From Giardia intestinalis (Eukaryota), in the NCBI GenBank assembly GCA_000002435.2, contig CM018792.1: 64,000 bases of DNA; one strand, given 5' to 3'. Below are positions 10,844 through 21,203 of this stretch, piece after piece. The notes under the pieces were generated by a model, which made no database searches, had not been told where the DNA came from, and was given only the letters and a program-made list of their open reading frames with translations. A program made the translations under genes and the position numbers. The stretch's first letter is position 1. Each line of letters opens with the position of its first letter.

Positions 10844-11962
10844 ATGAGTGTTCAGACTACAGAGGATTGGTTCGAGCTTCTTGCTACCGGAGATATCATC
10901 AGTATAATGTGCTACTTGCCGACCTTCGCTAGGACACCCAATAGGAACGGAGAGACAGGGCTTATGATGGCTGTGCGCCGGTCAGATACCCAGCTAATCA
11001 GATTGTTGAGTGAGTTCGAGTCGCGTATACGAAGCCGAGACGGACAAACAGCACTAACAATTGCAATAATGCTTTCCAAGATTGAGGCCGTGGAGATCTT
11101 GGTTGAACGTGAAATAGACATTCCAACAAAACAAGGGAATTACCCTCGCATGGTAGCTTGCAGATATAATGACACCCGCATTTTGCGTCTTCTTCTGGAT
11201 AGCAAGACGGTGTATCAGGGTGCTAACGGACGAACAGCTCTTATGATATGTGCACAGCTGGGAAATCTGGATGGAGCGCGTTTGCTGGTTAATAGCGAGG
11301 CTGCTAAGCAATCAGATAGAGGATTCACTGCATCGATGTATGCGAGTTTCTACAATCACGAAGATATTGTTAAGCTTCTTCTGCCCTTTGAAGAAAAAAA
11401 GCAAGCACACGGCGGCATTACATCTCTGATGATTGCTGCACGACAACGGAATAGACAAATTGTGAAGCTGCTGGCTCAGCAAGAGTCTGGACTAACATCA
11501 TATACTGGCAACACGGCTTTGATGCTAGCCTCGGAGCAGGGATATGAAGATATAGCAGAGTTGTTAATAGAGTTTGAAGCTGGACAGGCGAATACTGAGG
11601 GGGTAACGGCGTTGATGTTTGCCGTTCGGACCCATTGTTCAAAGTTGGTCAGAGCTCTGATTTCTAAAGAGGCAGGAATGCAAACGCGCAAGGGGATCAC
11701 CGCATTAATGGTTGCTGCTCAACACAATAATGTCGATTTTGTAAGCCTCTTAATTCCTTACGAGGCTCGAATGATAGACAGAGAGGGCAGAACAGCATTA
11801 ATGCGTGGCGCCAGACGAGGGTCTCTAGAAGCATGCGCATTGCTCCTGGAGCTGGAGAGCATGATCTTAGATGGTGCAGGAAGATCCTTCCATGATTATG
11901 TTCAGGCTGGTAAGCAAGCCCGTGACGACAATTTGCAGCTATCAGGTTTGCAGCATGCATAG
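10844..11962 (+). CDS. ankyrin-repeat protein (Giardia 'protein 21.1' type)
   Basis: About 10 tandem 33-aa ankyrin repeats with the G-TALM-AA....-V-LL consensus. An AT-rich TTTAAATTTTTGAATCTTT sits immediately upstream of the ATG at 10844. Confidence 0.85.
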   Translation: MSVQTTEDWFELLATGDIISIMCYLPTFARTPNRNGETGLMMAVRRSDTQLIRLLSEFESRIRSRDGQTALTIAIMLSKIEAVEILVEREIDIPTKQGNYPRMVACRYNDTRILRLLLDSKTVYQGANGRTALMICAQLGNLDGARLLVNSEAAKQSDRGFTASMYASFYNHEDIVKLLLPFEEKKQAHGGITSLMIAARQRNRQIVKLLAQQESGLTSYTGNTALMLASEQGYEDIAELLIEFEAGQANTEGVTALMFAVRTHCSKLVRALISKEAGMQTRKGITALMVAAQHNNVDFVSLLIPYEARMIDREGRTALMRGARRGSLEACALLLELESMILDGAGRSFHDYVQAGKQARDDNLQLSGLQHA

Positions 11963-11983
11963 CTACCTAAATATAATTTATGT

Positions 11984-14900
11984 TTACTTGTGCTGATTAT
12001 GTTGGGTTGTCTGCGTATTTAAAAAGTCTCTATACCCTTTACCGTCTACCGTCTTAATATCCCGTTCATATGGAAGAAGAATGTTCATACAATCTTCATA
12101 GCCTCGCGCTGCTGCTAACATGAGGGCTGTCTTTCCATCTGTTCTTGTGAGGCCCGCTTCTACATCGACGAGCAGCTTCACACATTCAACGCGACCATAT
12201 GCAGCCGCTCGTATGAGTGCAGTTTCTCCGTCGCTCCTCTGTAGCTTGCCATAGTGAGGTAGCAGGGCCTTCACAATCTCTGTTTGCCCATATTGTGCCG
12301 CAATTGGAAGTGCAGTGGCACCGTCTCGGAACCGCATGTTCTTCTCTTTGGGGAGAAGCACATTTAAAATATCAAGATACCCTCGCTGGGATGCTATGGC
12401 CAGAGCAAACCACCCCTTGCTATCTGTCATGTTGCCTTCTAAGTCTACCAATACTTTCACAACATCCAAATACCCGGCGCGAGTGGCCAAAATAAGAGCC
12501 GTCGCTCCATTCTGCCAACCGTCGCCAATCATCTGCATGCGGGCCTCAGTCAAAAGAAGTCTTGCTGCCTCCAGATGGCCATGCTCGGCCGCTACCATAA
12601 GAGCCGTTTTCCCAAGCCTATTAGTAAATCTTAATAAGTGAGTGCAAGAGTTAATCTCTGCCACATTTCCTGTTGCAGCAGCAATCATCAGCTGAGTGTC
12701 TCCACTCCGATCACGGGCCACTTTCTCAATGCCGTGTAGCAACTTATAGGCTGAACTCCGTCCATTCTCCCGTGCAAGCTTATAGGCAATCCCGCCGTCA
12801 ACTCTCATCATTCCTCTCTCGTAGGGAATGAGTATTTGAACGATGTCAGCATACCCCGCCTTTGCTGCAATCATCAAGGCGGTAGTACCGTCCGCATTAC
12901 GACACCCGGCTTGATATAGTAAGGAGCATACTTTTCCGACGTTTCCATCTTCGGCAGCAGACATAAGCTGAGTGTGATGGTGCCCAGAAGGCATAGGTAC
13001 CTTTTTTGCCGCCTCAAATTCTGTTAGATATGAAACAACGTGGTCGTTCCTCTTCAATATTGCGAAGGCCAAAGCAGTGTATGTCTTATATTGCATATTT
13101 GCCTCTTTTGGAGCAAGGAGCTTGCAGATTTCAAGGTTTCCGCTTTCTGCTGCATACATGAGTGCGGTCTTTCCACAATTGTCAGGAATACCAGCCAAAT
13201 CCAAACACGCCTTAGCCTCAGCAACGTTGCCCGCTATGGTCGCTTCGATCAGTGGCGTCTTTATGCTGGCAAGAAGATCAAGGTTGTGCTGTACACCATT
13301 GAACGAGTTGTTGGAGATTAAACCAACAGTACTTGCGGTCACAGCGCTAGTAGTAAGTTGTTCTGCAGCAATAACCCCTGCCATAGGATTAGAACCAGAA
13401 TTCAACGCAGAGTATGTCAGAGCGTCGTGGCCAGCCGCGATCTTATCGTCTCCAAGACGACTCGCTGCAAGGCTGCTAGCAACCGTGCTTGTACTAGTTC
13501 TGAGGCTACTCCCGCCCTGGCTAAGCGCAGGAGACGGTTCTGGCGACCGCGCATTCGGACGTATCGGCTTAGATAACGGCTCAGAACTCTCAACAGCGTC
13601 TTCTGCAACTTGGGTAACACGACCAAGCCGACTGCTAATCTGTGTATTCTTCTTATTCCGCTTTTCTATTATTAAACCTGTTCCAATCCCGGAATCGTCA
13701 TCCAGAAGAAATGACATAGACCCAGGGACCTGAAGATCGCTTGTGGACAGAAGGCTCTGCTTTCCCTCTTTGACTGCGATAAGCCGAGCAAGAAATACAA
13801 AGTTGTTATCCATGGCTATATCAAAGGCGGTCTTTCCTTGAGGTGTGAGACAGCCGGCTTCTTTTGGCAAAAGAATTTGGGCGGCATCAGTGAGGTTCGC
13901 AGCAGCGGCAAGATGTAGTGCGGTGAGGCCTTTTGCAGTAAGTAGCTTAGCCTCATTTTTAACAAGAGATGGTAGAATATCTAGACTATTATTCATGGTG
14001 GCTATATGAATAGCACCATACCCTTCATTATTTATTATTTTTGACTCGGCATCAATCAACATGCGGCCAATCTCAAAATAGTTGGTTCGTGCACAGATCA
14101 TAAGAGCAGTATACCCCTTTGACGTCTTTCTTCGAGCCTCTTTGGGCTTTAAGGTCCATGCAGAGACAATGTCGTTAGATGCACAGGCACGCATCATATC
14201 GGTCAAGCCTTCACCGTATAATGGTACCAGCACAGAGTCCGGCTCCCACATTCTCCTGATGGATTCAGTCAAGCCCTTGTTGCCCATCTCATCCTTGAGG
14301 ATACTAGCAACATCCCAGTTTGCATTCTGAAGAGCTATTTTCAAAGCCGTAGTTCCATCAGGCATGGTGAGACCACCCTCGTAAGGAAGAAGAGTACTAG
14401 CGATATGACAATGGCCATTCTCTGCTGCCAGCATCAGCGCCGTCTTCCCTTCACGATTCCGCTGTTTGCACAAGCTTAAACAACCTAGGCAGCCTTGTAT
14501 GTTACCCTTGATGGCATAATGCATAAGATCAGTATAGTCTAGCATACAGAAAGATGAGCCTGCCTTTTCCGCCGAGGGGCTATGCTTGATTATCAGAGCG
14601 TGCTCGAGAAGCTCTCCAGCAGACGGCCGCCTCTGTGGGTCCTTAATTAGCATCATACCAATGGCGTCGCACAGATCCTGACTATAGTCAGGGAGCGATA
14701 TCTTGTTGGAAAACTCACGGTGCTGCTTTAGAACCATAACTGGCTCTCCAACAAACGTCCGGTTTCGTGTGCAGAGCTCAAGAATGGTGAGCCCTAGCGC
14801 CCAGATGTCGCTTTTTATTGAAAACGGCTTATCGTTTAAAACTTCAGGAGCTAAGTAAGACGGAGTGCCCATTGTGGTGTTGGTGGTCATAAAGCTGGCA

Positions 14901-15418
14901 GATTCCCGACTTATCCCGAAATCCATGACCTTTATCACGTCGTCGTTGCCAATAAGAATATTCTGCGGTTTAATATCACGATGAATGATTATACCGATAG
15001 GCACATTCCCCCCTTTCTTTGGAGAATGTAGATATGCAAGAGCACTGAGTGATTGCCGTAAATAGAACCATACCGTATCCTCAGGGATAGGTGTCTTTTT
15101 CTTCCGACTCTCCCTGATCAATTTGCTTAGGTCTCCGCGTTCATAAAAGTCCATTACAATGTAAAGAATCTCGTTTTCTGTATCGTCGAAGAATTCGATG
15201 GGCTTGAGAATATTATCATGCGCAAGCTTTAGCATCAGGTGCACTTCATTTTTGACCTTCTTCACGGCGTCGGCAGGGACTCCTGCGTAATCCACTTCCT
15301 TGACAGCATAGATGATACCCGTTGTGTTCTCCTTACACTTGAACACTTTGCCAAAGCCGCCGCATTCTATCATTATCAGCTTTTCATAGATATCCTCGAA
15401 GCTCTTAGTCACAGCCAT
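11984..15418 (-). CDS. NEK-family Ser/Thr protein kinase with long C-terminal ankyrin-repeat array
   Basis: N-terminal kinase domain with GGFGKV, VAIK-like YAVKEV, HRDIKPQNIL, DFGISRE, GTPSYLAPE (catalytic residues intact). It is followed by more than 20 ankyrin repeats (GxTALMxAA...). 1144 aa. Confidence 0.9.
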   Translation of the reverse strand: MAVTKSFEDIYEKLIMIECGGFGKVFKCKENTTGIIYAVKEVDYAGVPADAVKKVKNEVHLMLKLAHDNILKPIEFFDDTENEILYIVMDFYERGDLSKLIRESRKKKTPIPEDTVWFYLRQSLSALAYLHSPKKGGNVPIGIIIHRDIKPQNILIGNDDVIKVMDFGISRESASFMTTNTTMGTPSYLAPEVLNDKPFSIKSDIWALGLTILELCTRNRTFVGEPVMVLKQHREFSNKISLPDYSQDLCDAIGMMLIKDPQRRPSAGELLEHALIIKHSPSAEKAGSSFCMLDYTDLMHYAIKGNIQGCLGCLSLCKQRNREGKTALMLAAENGHCHIASTLLPYEGGLTMPDGTTALKIALQNANWDVASILKDEMGNKGLTESIRRMWEPDSVLVPLYGEGLTDMMRACASNDIVSAWTLKPKEARRKTSKGYTALMICARTNYFEIGRMLIDAESKIINNEGYGAIHIATMNNSLDILPSLVKNEAKLLTAKGLTALHLAAAANLTDAAQILLPKEAGCLTPQGKTAFDIAMDNNFVFLARLIAVKEGKQSLLSTSDLQVPGSMSFLLDDDSGIGTGLIIEKRNKKNTQISSRLGRVTQVAEDAVESSEPLSKPIRPNARSPEPSPALSQGGSSLRTSTSTVASSLAASRLGDDKIAAGHDALTYSALNSGSNPMAGVIAAEQLTTSAVTASTVGLISNNSFNGVQHNLDLLASIKTPLIEATIAGNVAEAKACLDLAGIPDNCGKTALMYAAESGNLEICKLLAPKEANMQYKTYTALAFAILKRNDHVVSYLTEFEAAKKVPMPSGHHHTQLMSAAEDGNVGKVCSLLYQAGCRNADGTTALMIAAKAGYADIVQILIPYERGMMRVDGGIAYKLARENGRSSAYKLLHGIEKVARDRSGDTQLMIAAATGNVAEINSCTHLLRFTNRLGKTALMVAAEHGHLEAARLLLTEARMQMIGDGWQNGATALILATRAGYLDVVKVLVDLEGNMTDSKGWFALAIASQRGYLDILNVLLPKEKNMRFRDGATALPIAAQYGQTEIVKALLPHYGKLQRSDGETALIRAAAYGRVECVKLLVDVEAGLTRTDGKTALMLAAARGYEDCMNILLPYERDIKTVDGKGYRDFLNTQTTQHNQHK

Positions 15419-15571
15419 CCTCGGACAGTGTTTTTTGAGTTTTTAAATAAAAAGCTAAGTCAAAGCTAGTTTAAAAGTCGTTTCACCTTTTCAATTATTT
15501 AATGTTTTAATGCAATCTCTCCAGATCAACTTTATCAAAATTTCAGCCAGAATTTGGGGAGAAAAGTATAA

Positions 15572-16183
15572 ATGGCTACCCAGACCAAGAATGCGATTAC
15601 CTTGCGCGGCTCCACAGCAATTGTGACGGAGTACTTTGCATATTCTATTAACTCCATCCTATATTTGCGGGGGATTTATGGCCAGGACAGCTTCATGTCT
15701 CAGCAGAAGTACGGCCTCCCCCTCATGGTGGCCAAGGACCCAGCGCTTAGTAAGTACCTTGGAGAGGTTCTTCAGCGCGTAGCTGAGTGGCTTATGTCCG
15801 GTAAGGTGCAGAAGCTCGTCATGGTTCTTCTTCCGATAGGCGGGAGTGAGCCCATTGAGAAATGGGAATTTAATGTTGAAAATGAGGGTGTCCAGGCAGG
15901 TGCAACGTCGTCCAAGCCAGAAGCTGACGTCCAGCGCGAGATTCAGGCCATTCTCCGCCAGATAAATGCCTCCGTTTCCTTCCTCCCGGTGATCAGCGAC
16001 CCAGTCACGTTTGACATTATGATATATACCGACGCTGCAGTGCCTACACCTGCTGAGTGGGAGGAGTGCCCCGGACGCGACCATGTCCACAACGCTGTGG
16101 AGGTCAAGTTTAGAGACTTCAGCACTAAGATCCACAAGGTGGACACGGCTGTCATTTACAAGTCTGGAGAGGAAGCGCTGTAA
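15572..16183 (+). CDS. MAD2: mitotic spindle-assembly checkpoint protein MAD2 (HORMA domain)
   Basis: ITLRGSTAIVTEYFAYSINSILYLRGIY...QKYGLPLMV...VQKLVMVL...WEF...TKIHKV aligns along its full length with MAD2 ([55 protein letters not shown]). AT-rich GAAAAGTATAAATGG at the start. Confidence 0.9.
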   Translation: MATQTKNAITLRGSTAIVTEYFAYSINSILYLRGIYGQDSFMSQQKYGLPLMVAKDPALSKYLGEVLQRVAEWLMSGKVQKLVMVLLPIGGSEPIEKWEFNVENEGVQAGATSSKPEADVQREIQAILRQINASVSFLPVISDPVTFDIMIYTDAAVPTPAEWEECPGRDHVHNAVEVKFRDFSTKIHKVDTAVIYKSGEEAL

Positions 16184-16192
16184 GATGCGCCT

Positions 16193-16906
16193 TCACCCTG
16201 AAGGTAAACCGGGCTTTGTGATTGTTTGGTAATAAACGTATTGCCTCCATTCGAGTGGGTACTCTGAGAATTGCTTATCGTCTTCAGGAAACATCCGATC
16301 GGTAAAAACAGCAGGCTGCTGAGTGACTACAAGGCCTGCGGCAGCACAAACTGAAAAGAACCGTAAGTCTCTGTCGCGCCGCGTCGGAACGTGATGAGAA
16401 TACAGTACGTGGCAGAGCCCATCATCTGCAAGATAGTTCTGTATCATTGCAGCCAACGCATTGTGCTCTCTGTGGTTAAAAATCAGATCTGCCATGAAGA
16501 TGTGATGAAATGTCTGCTTTAATGTGTTTTTATCTGACCACAAAAGTCCTTGCACATCCACCTTATTGTCAACTCCATTCGTTTGGACGTTGTACACAAT
16601 ATTTTGCAGTATATCCTCCTCAGGATAATCTGTACAGAGCACATATGAGGCCCCAGATAACGCTGCCACTATAGACGGGAGAGACGCTCCCGCGCCCAAC
16701 TCTAAAACCCTCTTCCCACTGACGTCTATCTCCTTCTTATATATCTTATCTGCTAGGACTTTGGATGCGTTCCACAACTTATGTCCCCAAAGGGAGTGCT
16801 CTCCGACCAATTTTAATTGAACAGCTCGGCCGTTTGGCAATAGATACTCTTCAAAAGCTTCTTTGCGCTCGTCTTCACTGGGGTCGCCAAATAGAAGATC
16901 AAGCAT
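16193..16906 (-). CDS. Methyltransf_16-family protein-lysine methyltransferase-like protein
   Basis: LWNASKVLADKI...GKRVLELGAGASLPSIVAALSGASYVLCTDYPE are the MT16 hallmark motifs. The ORF-track start at 16918 is a TTG. The first real ATG (MLDLLFGDPSED...) is at 16904-16906 (rc). Confidence 0.65.
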   Translation of the reverse strand: MLDLLFGDPSEDERKEAFEEYLLPNGRAVQLKLVGEHSLWGHKLWNASKVLADKIYKKEIDVSGKRVLELGAGASLPSIVAALSGASYVLCTDYPEEDILQNIVYNVQTNGVDNKVDVQGLLWSDKNTLKQTFHHIFMADLIFNHREHNALAAMIQNYLADDGLCHVLYSHHVPTRRDRDLRFFSVCAAAGLVVTQQPAVFTDRMFPEDDKQFSEYPLEWRQYVYYQTITKPGLPSG

Positions 16907-16964
16907 GAAAAAAGTCAAACTTTTAAAATTTGGTTAGCCGCTAGGCGCTCACGCTCTAGAGCTA

Positions 16965-17429
16965 ATGCGTAGCAGTGAACAGGTTCATCTGAAGATGTTC
17001 CAGCTGATTGATACGAACAAAACAGGGTATATTTCTGTTGATGAGTTCATCCATGCGCTGCACTCGCGAGGAATCATAGTCGATCGCGCCAACATCCAAG
17101 CACTCTTCAGACTTATTTGTAATAGGCCTGAGCCCGAGCTAAACGTTGAAATGTTCATCCATTTAATGTACATCTTTGAGATGGCTGACACCACAGATCC
17201 CAGAGCTATACTTTTCAGAGCGGCAGATATAAACCACACTGGAAAGATCAACCCCCAAGAATTTTATAAAATCCTGCGTAAGCTGAGCTTTGAGGTGGAC
17301 AAGCATGCAATCGACGTCCTTTTTAGTCACATCGCGCAAGCAGACGGGGAAATAGACTACGATGTATTTTCGCAGATCATTGACCGCCTTTACTTGGAGA
17401 CTCAGACGAGGCATGCGCAGCAGGCATGA
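16965..17429 (+). CDS. EF-hand calcium-binding protein
   Basis: Canonical 12-residue loops DTNKTGYISVDE and DINHTGKINPQE, plus a third partial loop ADGEIDYDVF. 154 aa. An alternative ATG at 16995 is possible. Confidence 0.7.
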   Translation: MRSSEQVHLKMFQLIDTNKTGYISVDEFIHALHSRGIIVDRANIQALFRLICNRPEPELNVEMFIHLMYIFEMADTTDPRAILFRAADINHTGKINPQEFYKILRKLSFEVDKHAIDVLFSHIAQADGEIDYDVFSQIIDRLYLETQTRHAQQA

Positions 17430-17577
17430 TACGGTGAGGAGCCTTTTTGTCTTCCTCACAATCACTTTTCTATTTCGCGCTATATTGTAGCGTGCTGTAG
17501 TCTTTCATTTGTGATCATAATAGATTCCTGAGAGATTAAATCGATCAATATTTAAAAAATAAAAAATAAAGCCTAGC

Positions 17578-20115
17578 ATGTCCTCCATTGCTTTTGATTT
17601 CGGGAATTCGTATGCCGTGGCGTCTGTCCCTCGTGCTCGAGGTATTGATCTAGTGCTATCTGATACCTCCAATCGCCTGATACCGTCCTGTGTTTCTTAT
17701 ACTTCTGAGCGTCGTTTCATGGGCGACATGGGAATTGGGCAGCGTACGAGCAACAGACGGGCATGCTTCTTCAATCTCCCGATGCTACTCAACGAGGACT
17801 TTGGTTCCCATGCAGTTCAACGCGTCCTCTCGTTGGGGGCTGAGTTTGTCCTGACGGAGGATCCAAGCACCCACAAGGCTTATGGAAAGGTTTTCTACGG
17901 AGGACAAGAGCATCATATCTCAACGGAAAACATGACAACCGCGATTCTTGGCAAGGTGCGTGACTTCGCCAACTCCATGGACAATGTCAGCTTGTCCGAC
18001 TTTGTCGTCGGGTGCCCTGGGAACTGGAACCATAGTAAGCGTACTGCGCTTCGTGCCAGTTGTGAGGCCTTGGGGCTTACTTGTAACGGCGTGGTCACTC
18101 AACACATGGCCGCTGCTGTGACGTACTATGTGAAACGGAACGCCGACTTTCGGGCGATGAGTCCCGACAACCAAGGTATTTATCTCGGCATCCTCTCCAT
18201 TGGCGAGCTCCAGTCCTTCTTTTCAATTCTCCGCATCCACAAAGCAGGAATTCAGTGTGTTTTTGCGGAGTATGATGACACTGTTGGTGCTGCAGATTTT
18301 GACAAGATCCTCTACAATCTTGTCTGTGAGCAAATTAAGTCCAAATTCAAGCAGATCTCGCCAGATGAGCTTCGTTCAGGGAAGAACTTCACGAAGATCA
18401 TGAAGGCATGTAACGCTGCCAAGAAGGTGCTATCCATTAATAGTAAGGCCCCTGTGCATATTGAATGCCTCGGAGATGCGCAGATAGATGTGAATTGCAT
18501 GGTAACAGCCCAGGAGTTCGAGGAGCTAAGCTTCAAGAGCGGACTCATGGAGAAGCTTGAAGTTATGATAATGCGAGGTTTGCAAGTGGTTAAGGGGATC
18601 GATAATGTTGAGGCTTTTGAACTCATCGGAGGGGCTAGCCGTATGCAGGCTGTCAAGACCCTTAGTGAAAGATTATTTACGGCGCAGAAGATAACGAAGC
18701 GACTGAATCCTGACGAGTGCATTGTTGTGGGTTTGGGGTGGATAGCTGCAATACGGTCTCCACGCCAGAAGGTTGCTTTTTCGATCGAGATGGTGGATAT
18801 TATTTCTAATATCCAGGGGCCTATTTCGTTAGACATAATCCACAAGGAGACGATGTCGTCGGTCTATCAAACTCCTCTTAAGGTGTTCCAGCGTGATGAT
18901 GTTTATCCCTGTAGCAGAAAAGTCTCCAAGACGCTTTCTCCTGGCGAATATATTGCCAGGCTCGTAGACATTTCCACGGGCATCATTCACGAGGAGTCTA
19001 CAATTACGGTGGTTCCGCGAAACACTGCGCAATTTGGTGAATTTTCTCCCGAAGATCTGGCTAAGCACAACATTTCCCTAGACAATGTGGATGTCACTAT
19101 GACTTTGAAGATGACATGCGACACTGAAGGATTCTTCCATTTCACGCAGATAAGGCGTACGGATCCTACTGTTCGCGTGAAGAGGGTTCTACGTGAACAG
19201 CCAAATCCAAAATGGACCGAAGAAATAGAGGCACAGGAAGCAGAGAGGGAGAAGGCCGCAGAAGCACAGTACGCCGATGAACTGGCTCAGCATGAGGCAA
19301 AGCTGAAGGAACTAAACGAGGCACTTTCTACCGCTGCAGACGCCAATAAGGACGCACTAACAAAGGACATAGCCGATCACAAGGCAAAGGCGCCGAAGAA
19401 GCAGATCGTCGTCCGCACGCCAAAGATGGTTCAAGTGTCCGTTGAGGAGAAAGACTTAACTACAGAGATCACCAATGTTGATCGCAAGGTCCTTATAAAT
19501 ATCGGTGAAACGGCAGATCTGGCTAAGCAGCTTGAGGACTTCGAGAAGTGTTGCAAGGAGGTCGACCGCAAGGCTCTCCGCTATGAGCACGCCCGCAATA
19601 CTTTTGAGTCCCTTGTCTACGATACAAGAAATAATATGGATTGGGGGAAGTTCGCTGAGTTTACGACTGAGGAAGACAAGAGGAAGATTATTCCTCATCT
19701 TGACGAGCACAGCGCTTTCATTAGCAGCATCGAAGGGCCTCACCAGACCGCTGAGATCGAAGAGCGCATTCAGAGGCTCGAAAACGAAATCCGCTTCCTT
19801 CATGAGCGTAAGGAGTCCCATGATTCAGCCGACCTTCGCTTGATGAGCTTGCGCAGCAGTGTAGACTCTCTTTTAGAGAGATGGCCAGCAAATGGTGTTA
19901 ATAATGAAGCTCGGGACAGGCTAACAGCATTCTATGCAGAATGTGAGAAAGCTGTTCGACAAGCGTCTAAGCACGAGCTCGCCCCACTAACTCTTTTTGA
20001 GGATGCGGATCGACGTCTTGCAGACTTTGAAAAGGCTCTCCAGGCTAAGGCGGAGCCCGCAAAGTCCGATAATACATCTGATGCAGCTCCAAAAGAGGCT
20101 GACAAAAGTAAATGA
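17578..20115 (+). CDS. Hsp70-superfamily protein, divergent (Hsp110/Grp170-like, 845 aa)
   Basis: N-terminal IAFDFGNSYAVASV (phosphate-1-like), ELIGGASRMQAVKTL (Hsp70: LVGGSTRIPKVQ) and LNPDECIVVG (INPDEAVAYGAA). The long acidic/coiled C-terminus is typical of Hsp110. An AT-rich promoter AATATTTAAAAAATAAAAAATAAAGCC lies upstream. Confidence 0.6.
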   Translation: MSSIAFDFGNSYAVASVPRARGIDLVLSDTSNRLIPSCVSYTSERRFMGDMGIGQRTSNRRACFFNLPMLLNEDFGSHAVQRVLSLGAEFVLTEDPSTHKAYGKVFYGGQEHHISTENMTTAILGKVRDFANSMDNVSLSDFVVGCPGNWNHSKRTALRASCEALGLTCNGVVTQHMAAAVTYYVKRNADFRAMSPDNQGIYLGILSIGELQSFFSILRIHKAGIQCVFAEYDDTVGAADFDKILYNLVCEQIKSKFKQISPDELRSGKNFTKIMKACNAAKKVLSINSKAPVHIECLGDAQIDVNCMVTAQEFEELSFKSGLMEKLEVMIMRGLQVVKGIDNVEAFELIGGASRMQAVKTLSERLFTAQKITKRLNPDECIVVGLGWIAAIRSPRQKVAFSIEMVDIISNIQGPISLDIIHKETMSSVYQTPLKVFQRDDVYPCSRKVSKTLSPGEYIARLVDISTGIIHEESTITVVPRNTAQFGEFSPEDLAKHNISLDNVDVTMTLKMTCDTEGFFHFTQIRRTDPTVRVKRVLREQPNPKWTEEIEAQEAEREKAAEAQYADELAQHEAKLKELNEALSTAADANKDALTKDIADHKAKAPKKQIVVRTPKMVQVSVEEKDLTTEITNVDRKVLINIGETADLAKQLEDFEKCCKEVDRKALRYEHARNTFESLVYDTRNNMDWGKFAEFTTEEDKRKIIPHLDEHSAFISSIEGPHQTAEIEERIQRLENEIRFLHERKESHDSADLRLMSLRSSVDSLLERWPANGVNNEARDRLTAFYAECEKAVRQASKHELAPLTLFEDADRRLADFEKALQAKAEPAKSDNTSDAAPKEADKSK

Positions 20116-20127
20116 TTGTTATCCTAC

Positions 20128-20385
20128 CTATTTACTCATAGGAGGCTCTTTGGGCGCTATTGTGTGTACCATTGCGATTGTATCTGCACGGACAAGCACA
20201 ACAGGAAGAGAAGTTGGGTCAGAACCAGGAATCTCGAGAGTGGCGTCTTGGAGGACCACATTAAAGAATTCGTCCAGTCCGACACAAGTGCCGGTGAGGA
20301 CGCCGCTATGGGGGTCTACCGGCCAAAGTGTGACACGGGAGTTTGCACGGGCGAAGGCGCAGAGTTCGAGAGCAGGAGAAGGCAT
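20128..20385 (-). CDS. Sm-like (LSm/Sm) small RNA-binding protein, 85 aa
   Basis: Sm1 motif G.L.G.DEFFNVVLQDATE and Sm2 motif LPVVLVRADTIAMV (compare IILIRGDNI). ATG at 20383-20385 (rc), preceded on that strand by AT-rich AAACTTACTTTTT. Confidence 0.6.
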   Translation of the reverse strand: MPSPALELCAFARANSRVTLWPVDPHSGVLTGTCVGLDEFFNVVLQDATLEIPGSDPTSLPVVLVRADTIAMVHTIAPKEPPMSK

Positions 20386-20535
20386 AAAAAGTAAGTTTCA
20401 CTCCAGCATGCTTCTTTCACTCTGCGTTGGCCGGCCACGCAGTGAACTCATCATGATGTCTGCAGATCAGCAGCCCTCTAAACGTACTATAAGACCGTTG
20501 ACATTAGTGATGCGTTTATTGCATAAGTACATATC

Positions 20536-21189
20536 TTATGTCCTTCCTCTGCAGATGAACCACCAGTAAAGGAAACCGACCAAGACACTGACGATAAACA
20601 TAATCACCGTTGCACTGACCGTAACTACTACCATCTTCCTTCCGGTAAGAGTATTGACAGGAATGCAGACACCCTTGTCAAGAATTGTATCAGACTCGCA
20701 CATGCACACCCCCTGGTTCGATGAGGCCCTGGCACCGCACCCCTCTGCACACGTCCGCTGATCTGTCTGGATGTTATGATTCGAGGCGGCACACAAGAGG
20801 CACCTACCCAACTCATCGCAGGCAGCACACCACGGCATGTCAGGGGGACACTCAGCTGCGGGCACACACTCGGATCTGTCCAGTGCCGGCAGGAGGCCCC
20901 GCTCGCACCAGCACCTCCGCACGCCGCCGGACACCTCTCCCACCACTTTGTCCCCGGTGCACTCCCCTAGGCACGACTGCCCGTCCAGGCTCACGAGGAC
21001 CCACCACAGAGGACCCACCACAGAGGACCCACCACAGAGGACCCACCACAGAGGACCCACCACAGAGGACCCACCACAGAGGACCCACCACAGAGGACCC
21101 ACCACAGAGGAGGACCCACCACAGAGGACCCACCACAGAGGACCCACCACAGAGGACCCACCACAGAGGACCCACCACAGAGGACCCAT
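20536..21189 (-). CDS. small high-cysteine membrane protein with VSP-like TM + CRGRT tail; N-terminus encoded by a 14-nt microsatellite
   Basis: C-terminus ...[43 protein letters not shown] parallels the VSP tail (GGLVGFLCWWFLCRGKA). The Cys-rich ectodomain is CWCERG...[20 protein letters not shown]...CAEGCG...CMC. The ORF-track start at 21201 is TTG. The first ATG is at 21187-21189 (rc) and gives [15 protein letters not shown]([14 protein letters not shown])n, which is hydrophobic and signal-peptide-like. Confidence 0.45.
   Translation of the reverse strand: MGPLWWVLCGGSSVVGPLWWVLCGGSSSVVGPLWWVLCGGSSVVGPLWWVLCGGSSVVGPLWWVLVSLDGQSCLGECTGDKVVGEVSGGVRRCWCERGLLPALDRSECVPAAECPPDMPWCAACDELGRCLLCAASNHNIQTDQRTCAEGCGARASSNQGVCMCESDTILDKGVCIPVNTLTGRKMVVVTVSATVIMFIVSVLVGFLYWWFICRGRT
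20995..21185. repeat. 14-bp microsatellite (CCACCACAGAGGAC)x13, one unit carrying a 3-nt GAG insertion
   Basis: Units start at 21001, 21015, ... 21172. The unit at 21099 is 17 nt. Because 14 is not a multiple of 3, every reading frame gives the same 14-aa periodic peptide. Confidence 0.9.
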
Positions 21190-21203
21190 TATGGAAGACA
21201 AAG

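Noticed and set aside
16907-16918. ORF-track starts drawn as M at TTG/GTG codons, including 16918, 21201, 34946, 38321, 40160, 45353, 47653, 48940 and 51107
   Set aside because: These are not ATG. For a eukaryote I moved starts to the first ATG where one exists. Where none exists I report the VSP units as open frames with no initiator, which is itself part of the array finding.
20116-20394. 92-codon + strand ORF overlapping the Sm-like gene
   Set aside because: No recognisable motif, whereas the minus-strand frame has clear Sm1/Sm2 motifs and an AT-rich start context.
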